Source of the DNA: an uncultured Clostridia bacterium
GTDB lineage: Bacteria; Bacillota; Clostridia; TANB77; CAG-465
Length of the DNA: 32,339 nucleotides
Assembly: GCA_947628575.1 (NCBI GenBank)
Contig: CANRAK010000003.1
Span: 1-32,339 of the forward strand
Direction of reading: 5' to 3'
This document shows positions 1-9,400 of this stretch, one piece after another. Position numbers and translations under genes: made by a program. Position 1 is the stretch's first letter. Every line of letters starts with the position of its first letter. The notes under the pieces were generated by a model. The model worked only from the letters and a program-made list of their open reading frames with translations, was not told the DNA's origin and did not search any database.

Positions 1-402
1 GAAACATTAAGATTTGATGGTGAAACTGGACCATACGTACAGTATACATTTGTTAGAACAAAATCTATACTTGAAAAAGTAGGATTTAATATACAAGATA
101 TAAAGATTGATGATATAGACTTAAATGTACTAAACTCTAAGCAAGAGATAGAACTAATAAAAGAGCTTGAAAAATTTGAGAGTATAATTAAAAAAGCTGC
201 AGAAGAATACGAGCCTTCTGTACTAGCAAGATATTTAATTGATGTATCAACTTTATTTTCTCGTTTTTATAACGAATGTAGTGTTGCAAATGTAGAAGAT
301 GAAAATTTAAAAATAGCAAGATGTATTCTTGTATATGCAACATCAACTGTCATAAAACATGGACTATCTATTCTTGGAATAGAATGTCCAGATAAAATGT
401 AG
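1..402 (+). CDS. argS: Arginine--tRNA ligase, C-terminal anticodon-binding part (5' end lies outside the window)
   Basis: Not in the ORF track. Frame 1 translates ETLRFDGETGPYVQYTFVR...YEPSVLARYL...FSRFYNEC...GLSILGIECPDKM, then TAG at 400-402. G(E/D)TGPY.QY and the terminal LGI..P.KM are typical of ArgRS. Confidence 0.95.
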   Translation, partial: ETLRFDGETGPYVQYTFVRTKSILEKVGFNIQDIKIDDIDLNVLNSKQEIELIKELEKFESIIKKAAEEYEPSVLARYLIDVSTLFSRFYNECSVANVEDENLKIARCILVYATSTVIKHGLSILGIECPDKM

Positions 403-449
403 TTAACTAAATAGAAATAATCTCGTTATATAATTTAAGGAGGAATTAT

Positions 450-1487
450 ATGTTAACAATCAATATGATGTCAAGTGCTAACAAGATAAAAGGACAAGGA
501 GTTTTATCTGCACATGACGAACAAGTAGAACTTGTTAAAGAAATTGGTAATTTTAACATTGAAGAAAATAAGAAGCATATATGCAATATAACACATTTTC
601 ATACAGTAAATCTTGAATATTATTTATGGTTACCTTTTTTAAAAAATAAATCTACTACTGTAGCTTATGTTCATTTTGTTCCTGAAACTATAGAGAACAG
701 TATACATTTATTTAAACCATTTAAGCATATTTTCTATAAATATCTAATTAGTTTTTATAACAGAATGGATAGATTAGTAGTAGTAAATCCATATTTTATA
801 GATGTACTTAGTAATTATGGTATAGATAAAAATAAGATACAATATATACCTAATTTTGTATCTTCAGAAAAGTTCTATCCATTAGAAGAAGATAAGGTAA
901 AAGAAATAAAGAAAGAGTATAATGTACCAGATGATAAATTTACTGTACTTGCAGTTGGACAACTACAAAAAAGAAAAGGTGTAGTAGATTTTATAAATAT
1001 AGCAAGAGAAATGCCAGATGTAGAGTTCCTATGGGCAGGAGATGCTGTATTTGGTAAGATGAGTGAAGGATATGATGAAATCCAAAATATAATAAATAGT
1101 AACTTACCAGATAATGTACATTTTCTAGGTCTTATAGATAGAGATAAAATGAATGATATATATAACATAGCTAATGTAATGTTCTTACCATCTTATGAGG
1201 AACTATTTCCAATGTCAATACTTGAAGCTATGTGTGTTAACAAACCAGTACTTACAAGAGATTTAGATATATATAATGGTATACTTTTTGATTTTTATTG
1301 TTCAGGAAACAATAATGAAGAATTTAAAAATACAATTAGTAAATTAAAAGAAGATAAAGAATTTTATACAATGATGTCAAATAAATCTAAAGAGGGTAAT
1401 ACTTTCTACAACAAAGAAAATATAAAAAATATGTGGAATGAATTTTACAGAGATTGTGCAAAGTATGAAGTAGGTAACGATGAATAA
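450..1487 (+). CDS. GT4 glycosyltransferase, CpoA/Dgs-like glycolipid (diglycosyl-DAG) synthase
   Basis: N-terminal GQGV.SA..E, HFHT, YVHF.PE, GQLQKRKG and PSYEELFPMSILEA (GT4 EX7E motif). RBS AGGAGG upstream. Confidence 0.85.
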   Translation: MLTINMMSSANKIKGQGVLSAHDEQVELVKEIGNFNIEENKKHICNITHFHTVNLEYYLWLPFLKNKSTTVAYVHFVPETIENSIHLFKPFKHIFYKYLISFYNRMDRLVVVNPYFIDVLSNYGIDKNKIQYIPNFVSSEKFYPLEEDKVKEIKKEYNVPDDKFTVLAVGQLQKRKGVVDFINIAREMPDVEFLWAGDAVFGKMSEGYDEIQNIINSNLPDNVHFLGLIDRDKMNDIYNIANVMFLPSYEELFPMSILEAMCVNKPVLTRDLDIYNGILFDFYCSGNNNEEFKNTISKLKEDKEFYTMMSNKSKEGNTFYNKENIKNMWNEFYRDCAKYEVGNDE

Positions 1488-2079
1488 AGAAGATAATAAA
1501 ATGAGAAAATTAATGAATTTATGTACTGTTATAGGTACAATACTTCTTTTAATCTTTTTATATTTTGCAATAAAGTCACAAATCTTTGCATCTCAAGAAA
1601 AAATGGCTATGTTTTTAGAAAGATGTGGGATATATGCGCCATTATTATTTGTAATAATTCAAATTGTACAAGTTGTAATTCCACTTATTCCTGGAGGTAT
1701 AAGTCAGGGAGTAGGGGTATTAATATTTGGACCAATTTGGGGATTTGTATATAACTATGTAGGAATTGTAATAGGCTCAATAATTGTATTTTTTATAGCT
1801 AGAAAATATGGAATGCCTTTAATACGAAAAATGTTTAAAGAAGAATTAATAGAAAGGTATATAGGGTGGCTAAATAAAGGAAAGAAATTTGAAAAGTTTT
1901 TTGCACTAGCTATATTTTTACCGGTAGCACCAGATGATTTCTTATGCTATTTAGCAGGTGTAACAGATATTAGTGTAAAAAAATATATTGCAATAATTGT
2001 ATTTTTAAAACCATTTACTATATCTGCATATAGTTTTGGGTTAGTGTTAATATATGATTTAATTTCTAAGATATTTTAA
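1480..2079 (+). CDS. TVP38/TMEM64 (DedA/VTT) family membrane protein
   Basis: Hydrophobic helices with QVVIPLIPGG, FG..WG, GS...FF.ARKYG and LPVAPDDFLCYLAG. Overlaps the GT4 stop codon. Confidence 0.9.
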   Translation: MNKEDNKMRKLMNLCTVIGTILLLIFLYFAIKSQIFASQEKMAMFLERCGIYAPLLFVIIQIVQVVIPLIPGGISQGVGVLIFGPIWGFVYNYVGIVIGSIIVFFIARKYGMPLIRKMFKEELIERYIGWLNKGKKFEKFFALAIFLPVAPDDFLCYLAGVTDISVKKYIAIIVFLKPFTISAYSFGLVLIYDLISKIF

Positions 2080-2109
2080 AAAGCAACGTCAAAATCTGAC
2101 GTTGCTTTT
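2079..2109. terminator. Bidirectional intrinsic terminator
   Basis: Perfect 13-bp inverted repeat AAAAGCAACGTCA-aaatc-TGACGTTGCTTTT between convergent genes. Confidence 0.85.
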
Positions 2110-2413
2110 ATGTTATAATAATTAGGTACTTGAAAATGAAATAGATACAAACTAAGTTTATTACAAAGAAAGCAGGTATACCATACTTAAATTGTGGATG
2201 CAAAGTTTTGTGTCTAAATACTTTCATACCAATAAAAGAACCTATACTTCCTAAAAGTAATGGGATTAAAAGCAATGTATTTTCAGGAGTTCTCCACATA
2301 TTATGTTTTGCTTTAAATTTATCCCATCCCATAGATATAAATCCAATAACATTAATTACTAAATAATAAATAATAAAATATTTTAAATAATCCATGTTTA
2401 AATTTAAGTTCAT
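2108..2413 (-). CDS. DUF1294 family small membrane protein
   Basis: N.IGF..MGWDK.KA....WR.PE..L, GS.G...GM..FRHKT....F. Confidence 0.92.
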   Translation of the reverse strand: MNLNLNMDYLKYFIIYYLVINVIGFISMGWDKFKAKHNMWRTPENTLLLIPLLLGSIGSFIGMKVFRHKTLHPQFKYGIPAFFVINLVCIYFIFKYLIIIT

Positions 2414-2463
2414 AAACGCACCTCTTACAAGATAATTATATATAATTATTTAAAAATAATCAA

Positions 2464-3177
2464 TTATCTATCTTTCTCACATTTCCTTAGTGATTTATTA
2501 TTATTTCTGTTATGCTTAAAATGTCTAATATCAAACATAATAGTAAAGATTAAAAAATCTTCATCATACATATTGTATTTTTCTATAAGGTCTAATTGTT
2601 TAGAAAAAAATTCAACATGAGATTTTATTTCTTTCAATAATACTTTTTTATCCATTCTTTCATTTCTATAATTAATAGCTTGTGCTTTAATATTATGAAA
2701 TCTATCAAGTATTTTAGAACGATAAACATCTTCATTAACATCTACAAGTCCGCAATGTTGAAGGATTGCAATGTAATTTGGCATTTTGTATGAATACAAT
2801 TCCTCAATTATTGCATCTCTTGATTCACATTCTTCTATAATTACTAATGTTAGTAATGAATAGAAGTCTTTAAGTTCAACTATTGCTTGTGTGATAATAT
2901 CCTTGTTTAATTTTGTTGTGTGACTCATTGTAAGTAATTTGCTATCATCTCCATTTAGATAATCATGCATATCTTTATTGTACTTTTGTATGCATAATGC
3001 AATTTGCTCTTCTAACTGTTTTGGATAAAAATCTAATCCTTGCATAACTTCTTTTAAGCGGAACACATAAAAGTCCTTTACAGGAGTATGACAAGATAGA
3101 ATACGCAAACACCGATTATCTGTTTTGTTTTCTGTGTCAATTTTTAGTAGTGTTTCAATATTTTCTCTACTGAGCAT
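2464..3177 (-). CDS. Hypothetical protein, probably alpha-helical and cytoplasmic
   Basis: 237-aa ORF with AGGAGG RBS (reverse complement of CCTCCT at 3185-3190). No recognisable motif. Confidence 0.75.
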   Translation of the reverse strand: MLSRENIETLLKIDTENKTDNRCLRILSCHTPVKDFYVFRLKEVMQGLDFYPKQLEEQIALCIQKYNKDMHDYLNGDDSKLLTMSHTTKLNKDIITQAIVELKDFYSLLTLVIIEECESRDAIIEELYSYKMPNYIAILQHCGLVDVNEDVYRSKILDRFHNIKAQAINYRNERMDKKVLLKEIKSHVEFFSKQLDLIEKYNMYDEDFLIFTIMFDIRHFKHNRNNNKSLRKCEKDR

Positions 3178-3340
3178 ATTTATACCTCCTTTAGTTAAAT
3201 TAGTACATAATATAATAAAGTCGTTATTATTATACTACAACTTGATAAAAAAATAAAGTATAAAGCAATAATTTACATAATTTTTGAAAATTAGACAAGA
3301 TTTTCTTTATTTAAATTTATTTTTATTTTATCTTATTAGC

Positions 3341-3369
3341 TTGACTTTTTATATCAACTATTATATAAT
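3341..3369 (+). promoter_or_regulatory. Sigma-A promoter for rpmF
   Basis: TTGACT (3341-3346), 17 bp, TATAAT (3364-3369). Confidence 0.75.
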
Positions 3370-3447
3370 ATACGAGTAACAAATTAAATCAGAACAGAAT
3401 ACCTATGCTTAGCATAGTTATATGTGGCATTAAGGAGGGAATATAAA

Positions 3448-3642
3448 ATGGCACAACCAAAAAGAAGATGGTCTAAACAAAGAACACATACAAAACGTTC
3501 AACATGGAAACTAGAAGAGACTAATTTATCTACATGCGCTAATTGCGGTGAACCAGTACTTTCACATAAAGCATGTCCTTCTTGTGGATATTACAATAAA
3601 AAACAAGTAGTTGAAATTAAAGAAAAAAAAGCAAACGCTTAA
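3448..3642 (+). CDS. rpmF: 50S ribosomal protein bL32, Zn-binding form
   Basis: MAQPKRRWSKQRT..KR followed by CANCG...HKACPSCGYY. Start moved from 3424 to ATG 3448 because AAGGAGG precedes it. Confidence 0.97.
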   Translation: MAQPKRRWSKQRTHTKRSTWKLEETNLSTCANCGEPVLSHKACPSCGYYNKKQVVEIKEKKANA

Positions 3643-3652
3643 TAACAATATT

Positions 3653-3678
3653 AACTCCACAATATGTGGAGTTTTTTT
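3653..3678 (+). terminator. Intrinsic terminator after rpmF
   Basis: AACTCCACA-ata-TGTGGAGTT followed by a T-run. Confidence 0.85.
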
Positions 3679-3694
3679 AGTATAGGAGTATTTT

Positions 3695-4396
3695 ATGCAA
3701 AATTTAAAAATTTTATATGAAGATAATCATATAATAGTAGTAATAAAAGAGCCAGGTATACCAGTTCAAGCAGATAAAACTGGCGACGAAGATATGTTAA
3801 CTATAGTAAAAAAATATATTAAAGAAAAATATAATAAACCTGGAAACGTATATCTTGGATTAGTACATAGATTAGATAGAATGGTTGGGGGAGTTATGGT
3901 ATTTGCTAAAACTTCTAAAGCTGCTTCTAGAATATCTAAGTATATAAGAGAAAAGAATGTAAAAAAGAGATATTTAGCAGTAGTTAATGGTATTTTGCCT
4001 GTATCAGATAAAAAGGTAAGATTAGAAAATTATTTAGTAAAGAATGAAAGACTAAATATGTCTAGAGTAGTAGATAAAAATACTAAAGGTGCTAAAGAGG
4101 CTATACTTGAATATAAAGTAGTAAAAAACATAAAATATAATAATAAAGATTATTCTTTAGTAGATATAGATTTATTAACAGGTAGACATCATCAAATAAG
4201 AGTACAATTTGCAAATATTTTGCATCCTCTTTATGGTGATATAAAGTATGGAAATAAAGTAAATAAAGTAGGACAAAATTTAGCGTTGTTTTCATATTAC
4301 TTGTCGTTTTTTCACCCTACTAAAGATGAATATTTGGAATTTGAATTTAAACCAAATATGCTAGAAAAAAGAGATAAAATATGGGATGTGATTTAA
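3695..4396 (+). CDS. RluA-family RNA pseudouridine synthase (no S4 domain)
   Basis: ILYEDNH, KEPG, catalytic HRLD, TGRHHQIRVQ and HPLYGD.KYG. Confidence 0.95.
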   Translation: MQNLKILYEDNHIIVVIKEPGIPVQADKTGDEDMLTIVKKYIKEKYNKPGNVYLGLVHRLDRMVGGVMVFAKTSKAASRISKYIREKNVKKRYLAVVNGILPVSDKKVRLENYLVKNERLNMSRVVDKNTKGAKEAILEYKVVKNIKYNNKDYSLVDIDLLTGRHHQIRVQFANILHPLYGDIKYGNKVNKVGQNLALFSYYLSFFHPTKDEYLEFEFKPNMLEKRDKIWDVI

Positions 4397-5511
4397 TGGA
4401 TTTTGATAGTGTTAGATTATTACTTGAAGAATTAAAAGAAAAAATGTACACTTTAAAAAATGCTTTAAAAATAGAAGAAAAGAGTAATACTTTATCTGAG
4501 CTTGAAAAAGAAACTGCTAAAAATGATTTTTGGGAAGATACAGATAATTCTTCTAAAGTGCTTGCTAAAATGAAGATGCTAAAGTCTGATGTTGAAAAAT
4601 ATAATAATATAGAAAATCAGTATGAAGAAGCTGTTACGTATTTAGAGCTTGCACAAGAAGAAAACGATACAAACTCTTTTAAAGAGGCAAAAAATATTGC
4701 AAATAAACTACAAAGCAATTTAGAAAAATTAGAAGTAAGCACATTATTATCTGATGATTATGATAAAAATAATGCAATTGTAACAATTCATCCAGGCGCT
4801 GGTGGTACTGAATCACAAGATTGGGCATTAATGCTTTATAGGATGTATACTAGATGGGCACAACGTCAAGAGTTTGAAATTGAAGTTTTAGACTATCAAG
4901 ATGGTGAAGAGGCAGGTGTGAAATCTGTATCATTTTTAGTTAAAGGTGAAAATGCCTATGGATATTTAAAAGGAGAGGCAGGTGTACATAGACTTGTAAG
5001 AATATCTCCTTTTGATTCAAATAGTAGAAGACATACTTCATTTGCTGCACTTGAAGTTTTACCAGAAATTTCAGATGAGATAGTTGTAGATATACGTCAA
5101 GAAGATATTGAAATGGATGTATATAGAGCTAGTGGAGCAGGAGGTCAGCATGTTAATAAAACATCTTCTGCAGTTAGATTAAAACATATACCTACAGGAA
5201 TTGTTGTTACATGTCAAACAGAAAGATCACAAATGCAAAATAGAGAATATGCTATGAAAATGCTAAAAGCTAAGATATATAAACTAGAAAAAGAAAATCA
5301 TGATAATATGATTAATAATATAAAAGGGGAAACAAGTGATAATGGATGGGGAAGTCAGATAAGATCATATGTATTTTGTCCTTATACACTTGTAAAGGAC
5401 CATAGAACAGGATATGAAACTGGAAATGTTCAAGCTGTAATGGACGGCAAGATAGATGACTTTATATATGAATACTTGAAAAGTTATGTAAAAAATGATA
5501 TAATGAAATAG
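4396..5511 (+). CDS. prfB: Peptide chain release factor 2, single uninterrupted ORF
   Basis: GAGGTESQDW, the RF2-specific SPF tripeptide (RISPFD), GAGGQHVN and WGSQIRSY. Probable start ATG 4396 overlaps the rluA stop (TAATG); the track starts at 4381. Confidence 0.97.
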   Translation: MDFDSVRLLLEELKEKMYTLKNALKIEEKSNTLSELEKETAKNDFWEDTDNSSKVLAKMKMLKSDVEKYNNIENQYEEAVTYLELAQEENDTNSFKEAKNIANKLQSNLEKLEVSTLLSDDYDKNNAIVTIHPGAGGTESQDWALMLYRMYTRWAQRQEFEIEVLDYQDGEEAGVKSVSFLVKGENAYGYLKGEAGVHRLVRISPFDSNSRRHTSFAALEVLPEISDEIVVDIRQEDIEMDVYRASGAGGQHVNKTSSAVRLKHIPTGIVVTCQTERSQMQNREYAMKMLKAKIYKLEKENHDNMINNIKGETSDNGWGSQIRSYVFCPYTLVKDHRTGYETGNVQAVMDGKIDDFIYEYLKSYVKNDIMK

Positions 5512-5532
5512 TAAAATATAAAGGAAAGGAAG

Positions 5533-6267
5533 ATGATACTAATGAATTGCTTCAAAAATTTATCTGACTATGATAAATTAAAGTATTCTTTAGAGAAATC
5601 AAAATTATTATTAGTCGATTTAGACGGTACGTTGATAGACTTTAAGCAACTGGATAATCTAATTATAGGAGCTATTTTTAGAGATAATCCTAATATTCTA
5701 AAAATAGATAAATTATTATGGAAGATTAACAGCTTAGATGTTTTTGGAAATGGATATAACGGATTAAAATTAAGACTTGCTTTTTACTCTTTTTTTACTA
5801 GAAGAAAATACAAAGAAGTAAAAAAATCATATAAGTACAATTATAGCACCAATGCTAGAAGGTTGTTACTTTACACAATTCAAGAGGAATTTGAAGATAT
5901 AATTAGTTCTGATAGAAAAATGATAATAGTAACAAAAAATGTTTATGCAGAAAAAATACTGGATGATGTTGATAGCATAATAGGAAAGGACCTTGCAAAA
6001 AATATCAAATTAATTATATTGGAAAAAAACAAGAAAAAAGTTATTAATCAAATAAAAAGTGAATATAAAGATAATATCCTAGTTATTGGTAATAACTTGT
6101 TTGATGATATAATTAGTTCTTGGAGGGAAGGTTTACCATACATCTATATTGGAAAAAGTAATGCAGTAAAAAAAATAATAAAGCATTTAAATAGAAAAAA
6201 TAATGTAGATAATAAGTATGGAATTAGTGTTGATAATATCGGAGAAATTTCCAAAAGTCTAAAATAA
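5533..6267 (+). CDS. Divergent HAD-superfamily hydrolase
   Basis: Motif I VDLDGTL, motif II IIVTK and a motif IV-like VIGNNLFDDI. Confidence 0.7.
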   Translation: MILMNCFKNLSDYDKLKYSLEKSKLLLVDLDGTLIDFKQLDNLIIGAIFRDNPNILKIDKLLWKINSLDVFGNGYNGLKLRLAFYSFFTRRKYKEVKKSYKYNYSTNARRLLLYTIQEEFEDIISSDRKMIIVTKNVYAEKILDDVDSIIGKDLAKNIKLIILEKNKKKVINQIKSEYKDNILVIGNNLFDDIISSWREGLPYIYIGKSNAVKKIIKHLNRKNNVDNKYGISVDNIGEISKSLK

Positions 6268-6270
6268 TTG

Positions 6271-6300
6271 AGGAAGATAAATTTTATCTTTCTTTTTTTT
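6271..6300 (+). terminator. Intrinsic terminator
   Basis: AGGAAGATAA-att-TTATCTTTCT followed by a T-run. Confidence 0.7.
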
Positions 6301-6469
6301 ATGTTCATTATTAAAAACTTATTCCATAGGCATTTTTAAGTCTTGTTTCATTATTGATACAAATACATTAAATTAATATTATATAATTTAATTAATAAAA
6401 TAAAAAATTGAAAAAAAATAAATTATAATATAAAATAATGGTAATATTGTATTTATTTGGAGGGAAAAT

Positions 6470-9400
6470 ATGAGGAAAATTAAGGTGATTTTAAGTATAA
6501 TTGTAATGACAGCAATAATCCTTATTGGAAAAAATAATGAAGTACAAGCTTATAGGTCTATTACATCACAAGAGCTATTTGAAGCAAGTACATTTGATAC
6601 ATTGAATTTAAACTATACATCATTACCAAATATTAGTGTAACAGGTTCTACACCGTATAATGTAGTTAATGATGCAGGACGAAGATATATTAATTTTACT
6701 AATTCTGCAGGTCAAACATTAAATGCTACTGTAACAGCTGCATTTAATAACTGTGGTACATTAAACGGTAGAGCAATAGATATGAGATTGGTATATTCAG
6801 ATATTGTTACTAGTGGAGCTAATGCCTACTTATATTGGACAGCTTTTGGTACGAATATGGCATCTGCCAATGAATGGTGGTACAATTGTGTTGAGCATAT
6901 GAAAATAGAGATTTATTTCTATTATCATGGAGAAAACACACCAATACAGCTAAAAAATGCCTTTTTATCTATTTATTCTGAAGACCAAGATGAAGGTGCT
7001 TCAAGTACAACTAGTGTAGAGGAATTTATATATACTCAGACAAATATGAGACATGCTAATTCATACCACTCTCCAGTTACAAATAGAACATATAGTGATG
7101 TCTTTTATGGAATTGCTAGTGGATCAACAGAGGCAGGTTCTTTAAACTGTGTTGCTTTCCAATATAAAGACACAAATCATTTAACAGTTGAATTATATGG
7201 TTTAAATGCTAAAGTTGGAATAGGTTATCATTTACAATATATTCCGCTTACAGCTACATTACCATCAGACCCAGTAAAAAAAGTGGATAAAACTGAATCA
7301 AAATTAGGCGATAAGATTAAATATACAGTTGAGCAAAGAATATCTATGCGTTTTGATAATGCATTCCATTATTCAAGCCTTGTATTTACAGATAATTTGA
7401 ATTCTAATTTAACATATGATAGCTTAAAAGTATATAATGAAAATGGAGTAGATGTTACTAGTTCTGCAGGTAATGTAACATATAACGGAGCAACTAATAT
7501 TGTTACTTATACTTTTAATGCAGCTTATCTACAAAATACAATGAAGTATACAGGTGAACTATATAAATTTGAAATTAATACAACTGTAAAGAATTCATCT
7601 ACTGAAAATCCATTACAAAATTCTGCTAGAACCGCTATAAACGGAGCATATAATTTAGACTCTAATTCAGTAAGTACAACTTTAAAATCTAGAGTAATAG
7701 TACATCATGTAAATAAATTAGGAGTAAAAATAGCAGATGATGTAATTATAAATGGAAATCTTTTAGATACTTATACTACAGATCCAGTAGAAGTATATGG
7801 ATATAAACTTGTTGAAAATTCAGGTAATACTTCTGGAACTATGGTAAAAAATGATACAGAAGTAACATATACATATGACTTAATTAGAGTAAATATAGAT
7901 TTAGATAAATATCTTGAAAAAACAGATTCAACACCAAGACAAGTATTAAAAGGTGCTAAGTTTAGAGTTAAAGTTGTAGAATTCCCAGAAAAAGTCGCTT
8001 TAGCAAATCCAGATGAAGAATATTTCTCAGTAGAAGAAGGTGCAGATGGTCATTATGTAGTAAAAGGTGTACCTTATGGAGATTATAAATTTAGTGAGGT
8101 AACTATACCAGATGTTGCATATGATGGAATATACTACTTAAATGGTGGAGAAGATAGATTAAAAGAGTTTGATATTACAGTAAATGCAGAAAAAGCATAT
8201 AGCTATGAACTTGAAGATGTAGCAAAGAAAATGCAAATAACAATATATAAGCAAGACAAAGATACACAAAATAACGTACAAGGAGATGCACATCTTGAAG
8301 GAGCAAAATATGGCATTTATAGAAATGAAGATTGCACAGACTTAGTAGAAGAGTTAACAATACAAAAAGAAGAGCTACCAAGTGGAGATGTAGAATATAA
8401 AGCGGTAAGTGGCTGGTACTTAGTTGGAACATACTATGTTAAAGAAACAGAAGCACCAGAAGGATACTTAATAGACGAAAATGTATATACAGTAGAGCAA
8501 ATACCATCAGAACAAACTGAGGAGAAAACAAGTCATAGTATTACATCAAAAGATGAAGTAATGAAAGGGTTAGTTACAGTAATTAAGTATGATAACAATA
8601 GTAAATCATCACAAAAAAATCCAGCAGAAGGAGCTAAACTAAGACTAACATTAGATAGTAATCCAGATGTATATTATGAAGCAATAATAGATCAATATGG
8701 ATATTTAGAGTTTGTAGACGAAGAAACAAGAGATGAATATTATCCATATACAATACCATATGGAGTATATACAATAGAGGAAATAGAAAGTAGCAACTCA
8801 GGGGAGACAATATTTATAAAACCACAAAAAACAGAAATAAAATATGATAAACAAACACAAGAATATATACTAAGTGATGAATATATAAGATTAAGACTTA
8901 CAATACAAAAACAAGATACAGAGACTAAAAAGCCAATACCAGAAGGAGCAAAATTTAAGATTTGGAATGTTAATACACAAAGCTGGTATGAAGATGTAAC
9001 AGCTTTTGGAAGAATAACAGAATTTACAACAAATAGTGAAGGACAAATAACAATAAATGGACATTTAGAAGCAGGAAATTATGTGCTATATGAAACAAAA
9101 GCACCAGAAGGATATTATTTAGACGAAAACTTAAGAGAAGGCTCAAAAGGATATGAGTTTAGAGTAAGTGTAAATAAAAAGGGAGAAGTAGTAGTAAGAC
9201 ATAATGATGAAGAAGAAGTGCTAGAATATGATGAAGAGCTTTTTGATAATATCCCATCAAGAGTACATAAATATACAGCTAATGTAGATAATATGCCACA
9301 AAAAGCAGTAGTAGAGGTGTTAAAGACAGCAGATCAATTTACAAAAGTAGAAAGTAAAAATACAGAGTATGGAGAAGTAAAAACACCAATATTTGAAAAA

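Noticed and set aside
4448-4472. Two CTTTAA hexamers in prfB resembling the CTT-TRA shift site
   Set aside because: Both are out of frame with the continuous ORF (ACT TTA AAA and GCT TTA AAA) and have no upstream internal SD, so no frameshift is needed.
6301-6469. Possible riboswitch, invertible promoter or phase-variable tract upstream of the adhesin (TTCATTATT twice, A-runs)
   Set aside because: No GC-containing stems, no c-di-GMP or T-box motifs, no flanking inverted repeats and no recombinase. The region is extremely AT-rich.
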